64,000 bases of DNA, taken from positions 78,866,001 through 78,930,000 of the forward strand of contig NC_045696.1 of assembly GCF_009834535.1 (NCBI RefSeq), given 5' to 3'. The stretch is from Camelus ferus. Lineage: Eukaryota. Below the pieces are notes generated by a model. It was given only the letters and a program-made list of their open reading frames with translations. It did not search any database and was not told the DNA's origin. This document shows, in pieces, positions 37,951 through 50,973 of the stretch. The position numbers and the translations under genes are program-made. The stretch's first letter is position 1; each line of letters begins with the position of its first letter.

Positions 37951-38124
37951 TGATCAGTCTGGAAAGCCTGACCCGGCTTAACCCCATGATAGGGAGTCCC
38001 CTGTCACCTGTGCCAGGGAGCTGTATGTCCCTCTGTTTATCTGTCTCACTGGTTCCATAAAGCCATTTAAAAAATCTTAGAATGCAAATTCGTTTGCTGA
38101 TGATGGGATGTACAGAGGGAGGAA

Positions 38125-38380
38125 CAGGGAGTCAGTGGGAGGAGTCCAGATTCTGGCCTCAGCTCAGCTACTAACCAGCTACCCAGACCTGGACAGGCCA
38201 CAATTTAACAGGAATTATTAAAGAACACAGCAATGCGATTGAAAGTGGATTGGAAATCCAGTAAAATTGGATTTCTAATCTCTGTACTGCCAAAACCTCA
38301 CCCCGTGGGGTTTTCCTGAATCTCTTCTGGGTCACATTTTTCTCCTCTGAATATTAAAGAGATTTGACTATTTAAGAAGA
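38125..38380 (+). mobile_element. MIR head fragments
   Basis: GAGTCCAGATTCTGGCCTCAGCTCAGCTACTAACCAGCT; TGGATTTCTAATCTCTGTACTGCCA. Confidence 0.55.
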
Positions 38381-39409
38381 AAGCATAAAATCATTTGGTT
38401 CTGTGGGGGGACAGGGTCTGGAAGAGTGAAAGGAATGGAGGAAGGAAGGTTGTCACACTGGGAAGCTGGAGTAGAAAAGATAAAAACACCATTTTGGGGG
38501 AACCAGTGATGAGTGTAGAAATAGTTTTCTTTTGCTGTCTTCTGGTATATTCACTGGCAACACACTGGCCTTCTGTTAGATTTCCATGATTTTCTGTGAC
38601 CTACATTTGCTCTAATGTTTTACTGACTCCTTCATTTGAATTAGCTGCTTTTTTCCCATGCCTCCAAATGCCATTATGAATCACTGAAGCTCAAGGCCAT
38701 CCATCACAGTTACAAGGCATATAAAAGATTACAATCATCAGTCAAATATCTTCACTCCTCCTGAAACAAAATTTTCTTAGTGTAAAATAAATACTCTCCC
38801 TCCTGCTGGATTAGCTAAGATTTATACTCCTAATATGCAAATAGTCCTCAAAGTTTCAGATGAAGGAAAGCATTCAGTGTGTTGGTTCAATCATAGGCAA
38901 GAGATACAATTTTAAAAAGGTGTTTTGCTTTGAGGCTTAGCCACAGGCTTCTGGAAATGTCACATTTTTGTAAGTGGGACAGCAAGTGATGCTCTGTATG
39001 CTTGAATATTTCTCCCCAAAGTTCTTAGTGTATGTCTTGAGCATAGCAGAAGCCTGCGTGATAATAGTTAAATTCAACTATAATTTATTTCTTGGGCCAA
39101 GGAAAAAATGTTTAAAAATAGGAAAACATACATGGCAGTATATTATAAAATCACTGACTTTTGAACTGGAAGAAACCCAAGATATATTCACTGTTAAGTC
39201 AGATGATGACATAAGTTCAAAGTTTAGGTGATTTAACCAGGGAGAACTAATTAATAATATTTGGGCCTGAAATTCAGAAGTCTTGACTTTGATTTGAGCT
39301 ATCTGCCAATTCCCTCAGATTCTAACGGTTTAAATAATTAAACATAGCAGAAACTACTCATTGCCACTGAATATTTGTTTTTTTTTTCTTTTTTCTTGAT
39401 TTTATTCTG

Positions 39410-39708
39410 GGCATCAATGCATCCAACCAAAATACTACATTTCCCAGTAAGTTTTAGACAATAGCATTTAAGTGTAAGTATTTGGTGCAATTTCTAAGAA
39501 GTTGCCATCTTGGATTGTAAAATGACCTTTAAGAAGGAACTCAGACTAGGATTATAGAACCCTGAGTTGCTGATAACCATAGCCTGTACCCTACTGATCA
39601 TCTGTGAACTTCTTTTACTTAAGAAACAAATGATCACCCATTTTATGAGCCACTATATTTTGGGATTTTCTATACTATATATAGTTAAGACTAATTCTAA
39701 CTGTTTAC
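39410..39708 (+). mobile_element. Old MaLR LTR remnant (MLT1J/K-like)
   Basis: ACTACATTTCCCAG, GCCATCTTGG, CCCTGAGTTGCTGA, TTTATGAGCCACTATATTTTGGGATTTTCT, ending CTAACTG. Confidence 0.55.
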
Positions 39709-41109
39709 CAGGTTACTCTACACTTAAAAAATAAAAATAGAAAAAACAACGGAAAACTTTCTAAAAACTCAGTACCTGAATATTTTGGAATCTGTCATCT
39801 TTGATAACCAAAAGGGGTGCCAAAAGGTCTTGCGAGTATGAGTCTATTCTTAAATTTATAGGCATTATCTCAAAAGATAACACTGCAGTATGTGCCCAGA
39901 AGTATGTGCTCGTTAACACTTTTAATAAGGACCACTGTTGTTGGCGAAGAACACTAAGAGTTCACTAATAATTGTCTTGTTTCTATCAGATGGTTTCACA
40001 GCAACTTATTAAGCATTTCAGAATAGCTACTGTAAATCCAGGTAGATAACTGCATAATTTAGAAACAATACATGGCAAATATAACAATTTCGAAGAAGCA
40101 ATGAAAATAGTGGGAATCTTTAAATTCTTAGGATATAACAGACATGGCTTAATTTCACTTCTGATAATCTGGATTCTGGTTTGTGTTGATAAAAACAAAT
40201 CACAAATATTCTAATAAACATAAACCTATAGCTAATAAAATTAGGGTAACATCCCCTATACCCTGGAATAAGTCAAAATCTTTTGAGTAACATTGTCTTA
40301 AATGGTTCATTAGTAAAGTGCCAAATCAGTGTTTCATATGTATCATCTTGTTAATCCTTTTAAAAAAAGAAGCCCTTGAAGACAAATAATTGTAAATTAG
40401 GGATGGTGAAATAGTTTCACAAAGCCAGTGTTTCATCCTTAATCTTAAATCCAAGGGAGACAAAATCTATGAATCATTACCTACAAACATAATAGTTTTC
40501 AAAAGTAAATTGTGACCTTAAAATTATGCATAACTTTTAACTCAGTAATTCTTTAAGAATTTTATTCTAAAATATTATGAAAATTATGCAAAATTTAGAA
40601 ATAAAGCAGAACGACTGCAGTTCTTTTCAGTGCCATTGTTTCAACAGGAACAACCAAGAATTAAAAACTACTGCAAGAGACTGCACCTAGATATTTGATG
40701 ACAGTGCAGACACTGTGAAGTTACATCTTAACTAGTGGATTTCTCTTTGGTGGAAAAGCATAACCCCAAAGGTTATACTTTTATGGTCATACAGGACATT
40801 AAACAGTCTTGTTTCGACATTAGCAAAATCATTCAGCATTCAGCATCTCTGTTCCTCTTACACTCCTTTGAGCCAGTCTTATAATTATGGTTCCTTTACT
40901 AGTCAATAAGATGAATAAAACCTTTAGCATATGTTTATCTTAAACTTAAATGAGACTTTTTTAACTTTTGAAAAATTATACTTTAACAGAAAAATTAACT
41001 CTGTATGTGGGCAACTAGTTCAGCAGAATTTTATTAGCATCAAAACTCCAAAATGTAAACCAGTTATTTTGAAAGAAGGAGACATCAATTTTTTTTTCAT
41101 ATTTCTTCT

Positions 41110-41567
41110 TGTTGGATACCCTCCGCAAATACTCATGGTGTGTTTCCCAGAATGTATGAATACGCTACCCAGGAGAAGGATGCAAATGGAATTAAGATGG
41201 CTAATTCACTGACCTTAAAATAAGGTCATTACCCTGGACCAGTGTAATCACAGGGTCCTTAACTGTAGCGAGGGAGGCAGAAGAGAAGGTCAGAGTGATG
41301 CAGTGTTGGAAGAACTTGATCAGCTGTTGCTGCCTTGGAAATTAGAGGAAGGGGACATGGTTGGCTTCTACAAGCCAGAAAAGCCAAGGAAATGGACTCC
41401 TCACTTGAGCCTCCAGAAGGGAATGCCATCCTGCTAACACTTTAATTTTAGCCCAGAGAGACCTGTGTCAGCTTCTGACATACACAATTGTAAGATAATA
41501 GCTTGGTGTTGTTTTAAACCACTACATTTGAGGTAACTTGTTGCAGCACACATGGGAAACAAATAAC
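41110..41567 (+). mobile_element. MaLR solo LTR (MLT1D-like)
   Basis: GCAAATGGAATTAAG...GTAATCACAGGGTCCTT...GGAGGCAGAAGAG...GAGCCTCCAGAAGGGAATG...TTTTAGCCCAG...TTGTTTTAAACCACTACATTTG. Confidence 0.9.
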
Positions 41568-41899
41568 TTCTCCATATTTAAAAATGCTGTTTGAAATGAA
41601 GCTAGTAGGGTGGTACAGTTAAGAGCCTGAAGATCTGAAGGTGGGTGTTGGTAGGAAGAGGTGCTACAAAGACTTTGGACTTAGTCTCAGTTTTGCCAAT
41701 AATTAGCCAAAAAAAAAAAAAAAAAAAGACTGAGAATCTTGTGTTCTTTGGACCTTAAGGTCTTTCCAGCTTCTAAATTCTATGAGATTTCAGGGCCTCA
41801 GAAAATTTAATCATCAGGGGAAATTAAGCAATGTTCCCCCGACCACCTTTGCTAACATCAGTCACCTCATTAATCCTGTCTACAGGACTCTGTGAAGGG

Positions 41900-42375
41900 C
41901 ACATTAATTTATTCAACAAATGTGCATCGTATGCCTACTTGTACTGGGGACTCCTCAAGGTGCTGGAGATACAACCGTGGGCAAGATAGACAAGGCCCTT
42001 GGTCTCATAGCTCTTTCATGGTGGGGAAGAGAGAAATACATAGCAAACAAATAAGAAAAGAAATGTGAGTTCAGATAGCAATGAGTGAAGTGAAGAGTAT
42101 CAAACAAGGAGATGTGACAGATAAAAACTGGTGTTAGTGTGGGAGAAAGAGGGCTGGAGAAATTAGATGACATGAATTTTATGGAAGTGATGGATGAGCT
42201 TAGATGGAAATGTTAATGGGGAGCCTGCTGTGTGACGATCTGGGGAAAGAGCATTCCAAGAAGAGGAAACAGAAAGTCCCTAAGATGGGAATGACCTTGG
42301 TGGGTCTAGAAAGAGAGATGATGCCGGGTGTGTAAGGCATGGTGATCTGGGTGCGCAGAGTAGGAGGTGAAGCGC
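41900..42375 (-). mobile_element. L2 3' region
   Basis: TTTATTCAACAAAT...TGCCTACT...GGTGCTGGAGATACAACCGTGGGCAAGATAGACAAGGCCCTTGGTCTCATAG...TCTGGGGAAAGAGCATTCCAAG. Confidence 0.85.
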
Positions 42376-45300
42376 AGGAAGGTAGACAGGCACCAGAATA
42401 GCCAGTGGAAGCACCAGTGTGGGGAACCTCACCCTGCTCCAGGGTGACAATATGCCTGCTCCAGTCAACACGAAGCTCATCTGCCCTAACCACCTCTCTC
42501 AGCCTTACCTGCAGGAATATGTCTACCCCTGTGTGTTGCAGCCACCTTCTGGGAAATACAAGATAAATACTATTTTTTTGGTGACAAACATTAAGTAACA
42601 TCAAACTTTGTAATGTTCTTCTATACACTAATTTGAAGTATGTAGAATGCTCAACGCTAAAGATTGCAATAATAAATAGAGTAATGGTGCAGGCACAGGG
42701 GAGCAGGGAGGAAGGCTTTAACAAATCACCAAAACAAACGTAGCAGCCCCTCAGTTAAAAACATAGAATTACTACCTGCCCATATCGCTAAGCTAAGATG
42801 CACATTGTTCCCTGCCACAAATATACTAAAGACCTTCATTAACACAAAGAAAGAAAAATGAGTCTTCAGTTCTTTTAGGCTGGCTGCTGATTTCCTTTGG
42901 GTCTTTGCTGATTGAATTGAGGTTCCAGGCACTGTGCTGATTTTCTTGACTCTCAAGATTGATAAATTATCATTCTCTTTTACTCGGTAATGGTATTATT
43001 CTGTAATAACGGTATGCCTTGGACGGCAACACATGGATTGGCCGCCAGCTTTCTAAATGCAAGCTACCTAAGGCCAGCCGTGTGCCAGCAGCATCAGAGA
43101 GGATTAGGGGCCTTTCAGTAAGGGCCTCGACTATATCTGGTCCCATACTTTGCTCTCTGAAGTAATGCAGATCAGATTTAAATTAGGTGTTTGAAATGGG
43201 TGTCATGTCAGCTACAGTCATGCTGAATCATCTGCCTGGACCTACAATTTATTTTTTCTTCTTGTCCAAACAAACTCACTGTTAAGCTGTGGTAGCAAAC
43301 CGGATCACCTCCACCCTCCTCTTTGCTTCATAGAGTTAGTGCCAGCTTTGCTAAGAGAAACAGAGTTCAACTCGATTGGATTCAACCACATCTGCCCACC
43401 TCCCACAGACTATGCTCTGTTTGAAATCATAATACAAAGTCAGACTGTTGCTTTCCTTTGAGTGGCCATGCGGGAAGCAGAGAATTGGAAATGAATGATA
43501 TTTTCATGATCTGGAAATAATGGTGAGCCGATGCCCTTTTTATATCATTCGTTCATGTCCCTAAAAGGCATTCTTAAGAAGTCCCTGTTAAAATAAATTG
43601 ATTTGCCTTTTGCTAAAGCTTTGTTTTACAATGTGTCAAGGGGGTTTGAAAAATACAGGCAGTATTCAAAGAAAGCAAAGCAAATACATGCAGTGCCTGC
43701 ATTATTTACCAATTAAAGCTTGGCAAGCACTTCTGGTTTGCATACATTTGAATTAAGAGAAATTAATTTATACGTCTCTAACGAGAATATTAATTCAACT
43801 TTTACTGAAGGCTAGAATGTGCAAATGTCTATGCCTGGCACCATGAGGGGTTCAAAGAAGAAAAAGAGACTATAGTTTGGTCAGGTAGCAAGATACACAA
43901 AGAGTTATTAATAGTTATGAAAGGTACAAGCCAATGTCGTTTGGAACAGTTATTTCTGACTGTCTTACTTGGGGATGGGGTAAGAAAATTATCCTGGGGT
44001 ACAAAATATCCTTATAGTAGAAATCTCTCATAGCCTGTGGCATCTGTGTATAGGAGTTGTAGACATTTGGACTGTAACAGAATCCATTCTGTTTATACAC
44101 TTAGCTTGGCAAGACAACGTGAATCCATTTTTTTTTTCTAATAAAAAGAAATACTCATGTTATTTCTAAATGAGCTGAGAACAGAACTGCGTGCCTTCCG
44201 TCTGTATCCTTGTACTGGTGCCTGTATGGGACAGATAAGCGCCTACTACATGCCGAGCCCTGTGCCTGTGGCTAAGAACCTGTTGGGGTCTCATCCAATG
44301 CAGGACCGGGCCAGGGCCATTACACCAGGAGACGTTTAACAGAAGGTGACACTGGCCAAGTATGCTGTCTTTATTCATTCTTGGCATGTTTTGTTCCCAA
44401 GTCTCACCCTCTTCATCATGGAGGAGCCGAACAAAGCAACGTAGCATTCTCCTGTGGCCCCTACAAGTCTAACCACTAACCTCCTCGCCTGAGCACCCAG
44501 ACAGTTCTCATGTCCTGTTCTTTTCACTCTTTTTAGACCTACTTACTTCTCCAGAGGTATAAACCCTCGAAAACACAAGCACCATTCAGTTTTCAAATCT
44601 CTCCGTACTGGAAGAAGAGGAAAGAGAAAAAAGAATTTTTAACATCCTTTCACTTTTCCCACAAAAGGCTGAACTGGCAGCTGTGCTGGGCAGGATTGTT
44701 GCACCTACTGTGAGTCTCTGACATGAGTGTTCCCACTGTGACTCTGAGAGCAGCCCAGGGCCAGGGAAAGGGAGGATGAGGCAAGGATGCAGAAGATCAT
44801 ACTTCACACTCCCAACCACACATAGGTTCTCCTGGCTAATCTAGGAAGCCCATGGCCAATGAGTGTCATTTTCCCCCCTAGACCTTGTATAGGTCTTGCT
44901 AGGTAAATAAGGGCACATCTCTGCCTTCTGAAGCCTATCAGTTTCACAAGAATAAGGACATAGGGTGCTGGGTTCTAATGCTCTTCTCCCCATTCCCCAT
45001 AGGTCTTCAGAATGCCAGTGAAGATGGCAAGCCGTTCTCAGCAAAGATCTTAGCATGCATTATCCCGCCAGGAGCTGAGCAGAAGGCCTGGGAAACTCCA
45101 GGAGGGAACTTCTACAGAGCACTGACAGGTGTCCGAAAGCAGTTTGGACAAAGAGCAGTGAGGGAATGAGTCTAGAACACCAGGCACTCCTCCCTTGTCT
45201 GGGAGTGGGGGCTTCGGTGGAGAGCAGTGATGAGAGGTCTTGTGCAAATGAAAGGTTTGAGGGGAAGCCTGTGAGTCAAGGGTAGTGGTGTAAGGTGAAA

Positions 45301-47789
45301 GAGGGGCTCTCTCCAGAAAGATGGAGGGTGTTCTAGCTAAAACACAATTCATTGTTTTGCCAAGGATGGGCCCTGCATCTGTGGTGCTTGATATTTCCTC
45401 CATGACCGGGACCTGCCTCGTTGACCATGGTGTCTGAAAGCTGATGTGAGCCCTGAGCAGACACACCGTCTGAGTTCTCTGCCCTTACTGCAGGCACAGA
45501 GGAGACCAGGCGAGGAAAGGAAAACAACGCCCCCTCAAGGCCTTTGGAGGTAGCTGCTCAGGAGATGACCTGCAATTATTTTTGAGAATGCAGACTGCAT
45601 TTTATTGATTTGAAATCAAATCATATGTTCTTATCTTTAGTTTGAATCAAATACTGTCATCAGAGCTAGAGAGTTCTGGTAGACTCATTTGGACTTCAAC
45701 AATTGAGTGTTTGCTCAGTTGTTCCATTTGTTTTTTGGGCTTTAAACTCATCAAATTAACCACACAATTTCTATATTTACTTCATCTATGTTGATTAAAG
45801 TATTTAATAAAAATAATCATAGCCACTGACTATTGAGCACTGGGTATCAGGTACTGTGTTGAAACCCAGTAACCTTCACAAGAACCTTCTGAGGATGAAA
45901 GTAAGGGCTCTGACACATAGTCTTCAAAAAAGAGTCCTTTTCTACAACATATGGTGGAAACATTAAAATTAAAAGCATGCACATTTTCTAATCAGAATGT
46001 TAGTGGTACTGCATTTCTTAATTAAAAATACATACACTGTGTAGTCACGTCTCAGTATTTTCTTTTTAAATGCAAAATCATAGAAATTAGAAAGAGGGAC
46101 CTACATCTTCAGGAGGTTTAATTCATTATTTTGCTGTTGTAAAACTTAACTTCCAAATGCCTATGTTAAAGCAACTTACAAAGAAATACCAAAGGACTGC
46201 ACATAGATAGATACTATGGCTGCGAAAGCATAAAACTCCTGAAGAGCTGAAATCTTTAGAAATGACTGCCATAACATAAGCATTAAAAGGTTAGTTTCAT
46301 AACAAAAATAGTTACTTTGATTTTTCAATGTTAACTAAAGTTAAAATTTGTATTTATTGTTATATTTGGAGAGTTGGACAGACTAGCTATAAAAGAAGAG
46401 CTGAAAAATAGCAATGGAATTTTAAACATCTCCATTTCTTTTTTGAAAACTGTAATGATATAATATTTAGCTTCAACCTCAGGCTAATTGTATTCTGAAC
46501 AGAGAATATGACAATATTTCATGTCACTTGAGGTATTTGTTGAACATATAAAATTTTTTAAAAATTTTGAATCATATTGAAGTTAATAAAAGTGCCACAA
46601 TAATTTGCTAACTATTTGTGTTAAGCACCATTACATACTTTCTGGATGTAGAGGCTTTGCGACCACATGATCATGTGACTCACTCATAAATTCCATTTCT
46701 GCCAACTCATTACTGGCTATCACATTTAAATCCTTCTTTAATAAACCCCTGCAGACTAAGATATGATATCTGGAGGCTGGTAATCCAGAAGGATTAAAAA
46801 AAAAAAGACCTGTTTGAAGTTTAGTTAATATGCATTTCAATGTTTAACCTGCCTAGAAATTCAAAAGTTGAAAAGTTGTGGTAGAAGATATACTAAGCTG
46901 TCTTAGACATAAAAGAGTATCCACCTTAACAACCAAAGTCTTCATCTATGAAGCTTTTCTAGGGTATTAGTCATAGAAATGCCGTAATCTTCTATAATTT
47001 ACCATGCAGAGATACGAATCCTGCTAATCAGATTACCTTTTTGCTTCTTCATGAGCATAGGCTTTCTCAGAACTTTCACCCCAAACTTTATTATTTATGA
47101 GAAAAAAACCCCTGTATTTAGTGGAGCAAATACCAACAGAATCTGACATACTCCACTGAAACAACAAGGATTTCAGTTACCATCCATGGATGAGTTTATC
47201 TTATGAACTAACCTAGTGACTGATCAGTTGAAACATTCAATAAAGATTTCTTTACATCAGTGGAAAAACAAGTAATCCATGCTTTTGCTGAATTAAATTT
47301 TAAGTTAAAACTTTTTTGATATGCAAAGAATATTTCTCCCTCTGGAAATAAGTCTAGGGCGTTGTGGAATGTTAACCTATATTCTGGTTCAATGTCCTTA
47401 AAGAACAAAACTACTCTGGCGTTAGAGGTTATTAAAGACTTGAGCTAATTGTATGCTAATTTGATAAATTTTTTAAAAAGCAAAACAAAAAAAAACCTTA
47501 CTGCTGTAAAAAAAATTGGAGATTTGGAGAAATAAATTGTATTTAATTAATGTTTACCATCTGATTTAATTTTACTTATGTAGCTATGAGTCTGTTGTCT
47601 CTTATATTTAACAGACATAGAAAAAACATATTTTGGGGATGAGTTCCTTTCCTTAAAAATCTTAATATTATTGCTTTAAGAAAAACATCTATACAATCAT
47701 TATAATTCTAAAATAGTGACTCCAATAGAAGTTGTATAGTGTTGGAATCAAATTATAATACCTACCCAGGAAATCTGTTTTTTGTCTGT

Positions 47790-47803
47790 GTTGCTATGGA
47801 AAT
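47790..47803. promoter_or_regulatory. RFX X-box-like motif
   Basis: GTTGCTATGGAAAT vs GTTGCYATGGAAAC (13/14). Confidence 0.4.
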
Positions 47804-48829
47804 TTTTTAAAAAATAATGATTGGATTAAGTCTCTAATAATAACAGAATAGCCACTGCTTTATCATTCAAATCTAGAAATTCTGTAGAAATACACTTAAT
47901 AAAAGATCTTTCTCTTTCAAGACCTTGCTCCATGAGCAATTCCACAACTCCTGGGCTATATTCACTGGAGATGGCATCCTAGGCTGGTGATGCTGGAGGA
48001 AAAGTGATGGGAGGGTGTTCTCTGGTCTTTCATCCGCTTTTCACATATCTGGATACCCCGGATGTATCAGATCTCTATCTGCCTTGTGCAGCTGAAATGG
48101 CATGGCTGATGATAGAAGAGCAGTGCCCTGGGCAACAGAAGAAAGCCCTGAGACAACCACACAGGAAACATCCGTCTCTAGCTGTCCCAGGAAAAATGTG
48201 CAACAACGCGTCTGTGGGGCCGAATGCCTGCATACTCCAGTCACTCTCTGCCTACCCCAGGACCTTCCGACAAGAACTCTAAACACCTCTAAGTGAACAA
48301 AATCCTCAGCAGCAATTGGAATAGTAACCTTCGCCAGCCTGCAAAGGGGCAGAAAATTATTTCTGTTGTCTAGGTCATTGCAGTACCAGGGGATCGCTGC
48401 TAGTCAGGGACGGGAGATGGTGAGTACACATGCCAAGAGTTCTAATAATCATAGGAGAAGAGATCTTAAGTGTGTGCTTCAGTAAGCAAGCCCTTCATAC
48501 AGACATATCTGTTCAGTGACACGTTCAAATCTGTCCGACAAATAAAAATTGTAAAGGAAGTGTTTTCCTTTTTATAAGAAAAAAAAATTCAGAACTTCTA
48601 ACAGAAAAATACGGGGGATTTACTTGACTAACATGTGTCAGCATTCACTGAGGGCGAAAAACCTGCCCTCCCCCACTCCTGTGCAGCTCACTGATTCCTG
48701 TGAGGGCTGGCCTCCCTTACTCCTGCTGCAGGCGTTTATTCTCAAATAACAGATTTTTAGATGCATCACACTCAGGTTCTCCTCTACTTCTTCTCCACAG
48801 TAACGCCGGAATCCTTCATCTGTGTCTCT

Positions 48830-48843
48830 GTTGCCATGGAAAA
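48830..48843. promoter_or_regulatory. RFX X-box-like motif
   Basis: GTTGCCATGGAAAA vs GTTGCCATGGAAAC (13/14). Confidence 0.45.
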
Positions 48844-49379
48844 AATGAACATGCTGAAAAGCAGGCAGGATTGTGAGTTTAAGGCAAAGTCTAATAGTAG
48901 GGAACAGAAAGAACCCGGGCTGAAAACATATACACACCACGGCTAATATTACAGAAAAGTGGCAACCTGAATAACAAGGAAAAAATAGAATTCCACTGAA
49001 TCTTTGACATTTTAGACAGAATACTTTGAGCTTCAGAACTATTTTTCAGGGTTTTTTTCAGTCCTTTGTTTTTTTATGGTAGAAAAGTACCTTTATGCTT
49101 AGGAATAAAGTAGGCACATTATTTTCACCACCTGGTGCATGGCTGTCAGACACAAAGGCCACTGTGCACCAAACAGTAGGTAATTGCGTTCCGTCTATAC
49201 CGTGAACCTGCGAGCAGCCTTTTCATGTGGAAATAGACATGACCAAGAGGAGCAGGGGACAAGCCTCTGTATTTAGGTTAGTTGAGCAAGAAGGTTTATA
49301 TTGGATCCAGGTCATTTTATCCCAAATTCCTCAAGTACCATTTGTGTACAAAATACATGTGTCGAAGGAGAGAGATACT

Positions 49380-49620
49380 ATTTAAAAAAAAAAAAAAGTA
49401 GGGAGACATTGAGAGAGAAGACTTGTCAAAACAGTAAAAGCAGAAAAAAAGAAGTGGATTGAGAATATAAGAAGTGAAGGGAAGAAATAGAAATGGGGAA
49501 AAAAGAAGCATAAAGAAAAAAGAAAGAAAGAATCATCAAAGAATAAGAAACAGAGAGAAAATGAGTGGAAAGAAATCTGAATAAAAAAGAGAACACAAAG
49601 GGGACAAAAAAAATCTGCCT
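49380..49620. repeat. A/G-rich low-complexity tract
   Basis: Poly-A followed by about 220 bp of AAG/AAAG-rich sequence. Confidence 0.8.
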
Positions 49621-50764
49621 TCAACAAGAAACTTTACCTAAGAGGTCTGGGGACATTGAGTAAAGGAGAACCATGGAAAGGAGTAAGAGCAGTCGCATGT
49701 TACCATCATCTTAGACTCAGTATCTTGTCCGTCTCAATGAGGTTTCTTTCCCTCACAGCCTAGGTACAAGCTTTAGTTGGGAGTGGATGGCAATCCTGGT
49801 GGGAGATACTTAGGTGTGAAAAATCTCTCTCAATGTTGTTCTCTCCTTCTACATCTAATCTCTGAGAAGAACTAGAGGATTTCTGACATCTTGATCCCTA
49901 CTTCTCGTTAGACCTCATCCATCCCAATTTGCAATCCCTGGATCTCCAGGCTGCATTGCAACCCGCCCATCCACGGGTGAGAAAGCTGTCCGCGACCTGC
50001 CGTTGCTCGGGGGGTGATGCGGTGCACTAAAGAGACGAGACACTTGGAATCAATCTTAGCAGCACCACCAAGAAAAAAGAGACCCTGGGGGAGGTGAGAA
50101 CAAACGGGCCAGTTTCCACCCTCGGGACCTAAGCACTTCCAGATTTTCAGGACACTACTTCTCTAGGGGGAGATAAAAACGTTATCAGCACTTTGGACCC
50201 CGTGAGGCTGGAGTTTGTGCCCTGATGGCTCAGGAGAATAACTAGTGAGAGGAGGGCTAACTGGTCTGCCTAAGGTCGAGTAAGATAAAGTTGCTCAATT
50301 TAGTGGTTGGGAGAGGGAGGCTGGAGTGAGATTTTAGTCCCAGAAAAAAGCCCACAGAAAAGGAAAGGGTTGTTAATATTACTACCTTGTGACCTTTATT
50401 AGTTGAAATCAATCTTTCCTCAAGTGTGTAGCACTTTCTCTGAGACGTTGCTCTACTGAAACCATTTGCCACTTTCTGCTCTGTGTACTAATTCACACCC
50501 AGTCGTGCCTGCTAGGCTGCAAGGACATTCAGTGCTGGGTCTGTGTCCGATTCATCTGAGTGCCTTCCGCAGCACCTAGATGGAACCTTGTGCACAGTGA
50601 GCCCTCGGGTTACATTTGGTATTTAAATGATAGAAGCAGGGAAGGAGGTCTGTTTCTGGGTCAGGCTATGAAGACTTCAGTTCTGTGCTAATTTTCATAC
50701 AGTTGAGTTAAGAGCACAGTATTCAAGCCTTAGAAGTTGAGTGGTCAGCACTTGAGTTATTATT

Positions 50765-50950
50765 AATACCTATAAATTACTATTATGTGCTGGGAGCTTT
50801 ACAAGTTACCTTTTCTCCCAGCATTGACATTGCAAGGTAGGTGTTATCATCTCCATTTTACAGATGAGGAAACAGGGAATTAAGTAATTTGTCCAAGGTG
50901 ACAAAATGAGCAAAGGGCAGAAGCAGGAGGGCTGAATTGAAACTCAGAGC
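50765..50950 (-). mobile_element. MIR SINE
   Basis: GGTAGGTGTTATCATCTCCATTTTACAGATGAGGAAACAG...TAAGTAATTTGTCCAAGGTGACA. Confidence 0.9.
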
Positions 50951-50973
50951 TGCTGGTGCGTTAGTATTGGACC

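Noticed and set aside
42200..42724. Longest ORF (174 aa, minus strand)
   Set aside because: Non-ATG start, C-terminal part runs into a decayed L2, no recognisable domain; a plausible chance ORF in 64 kb
45050..45466. 138-aa minus-strand ORF and overlapping ORFs
   Set aside because: No recognisable protein similarity or convincing splice context; local GC enrichment lowers stop-codon frequency
48384..48419. 36-nt plus-strand exon candidate (YQGIAASQGREM) with ATG|GTGAGT donor
   Set aside because: Competing upstream AG, no recognisable protein, no independent support
49960..50130. CpG island / promoter
   Set aside because: Far too short and no core promoter elements evident; kept only as a minor CpG patch
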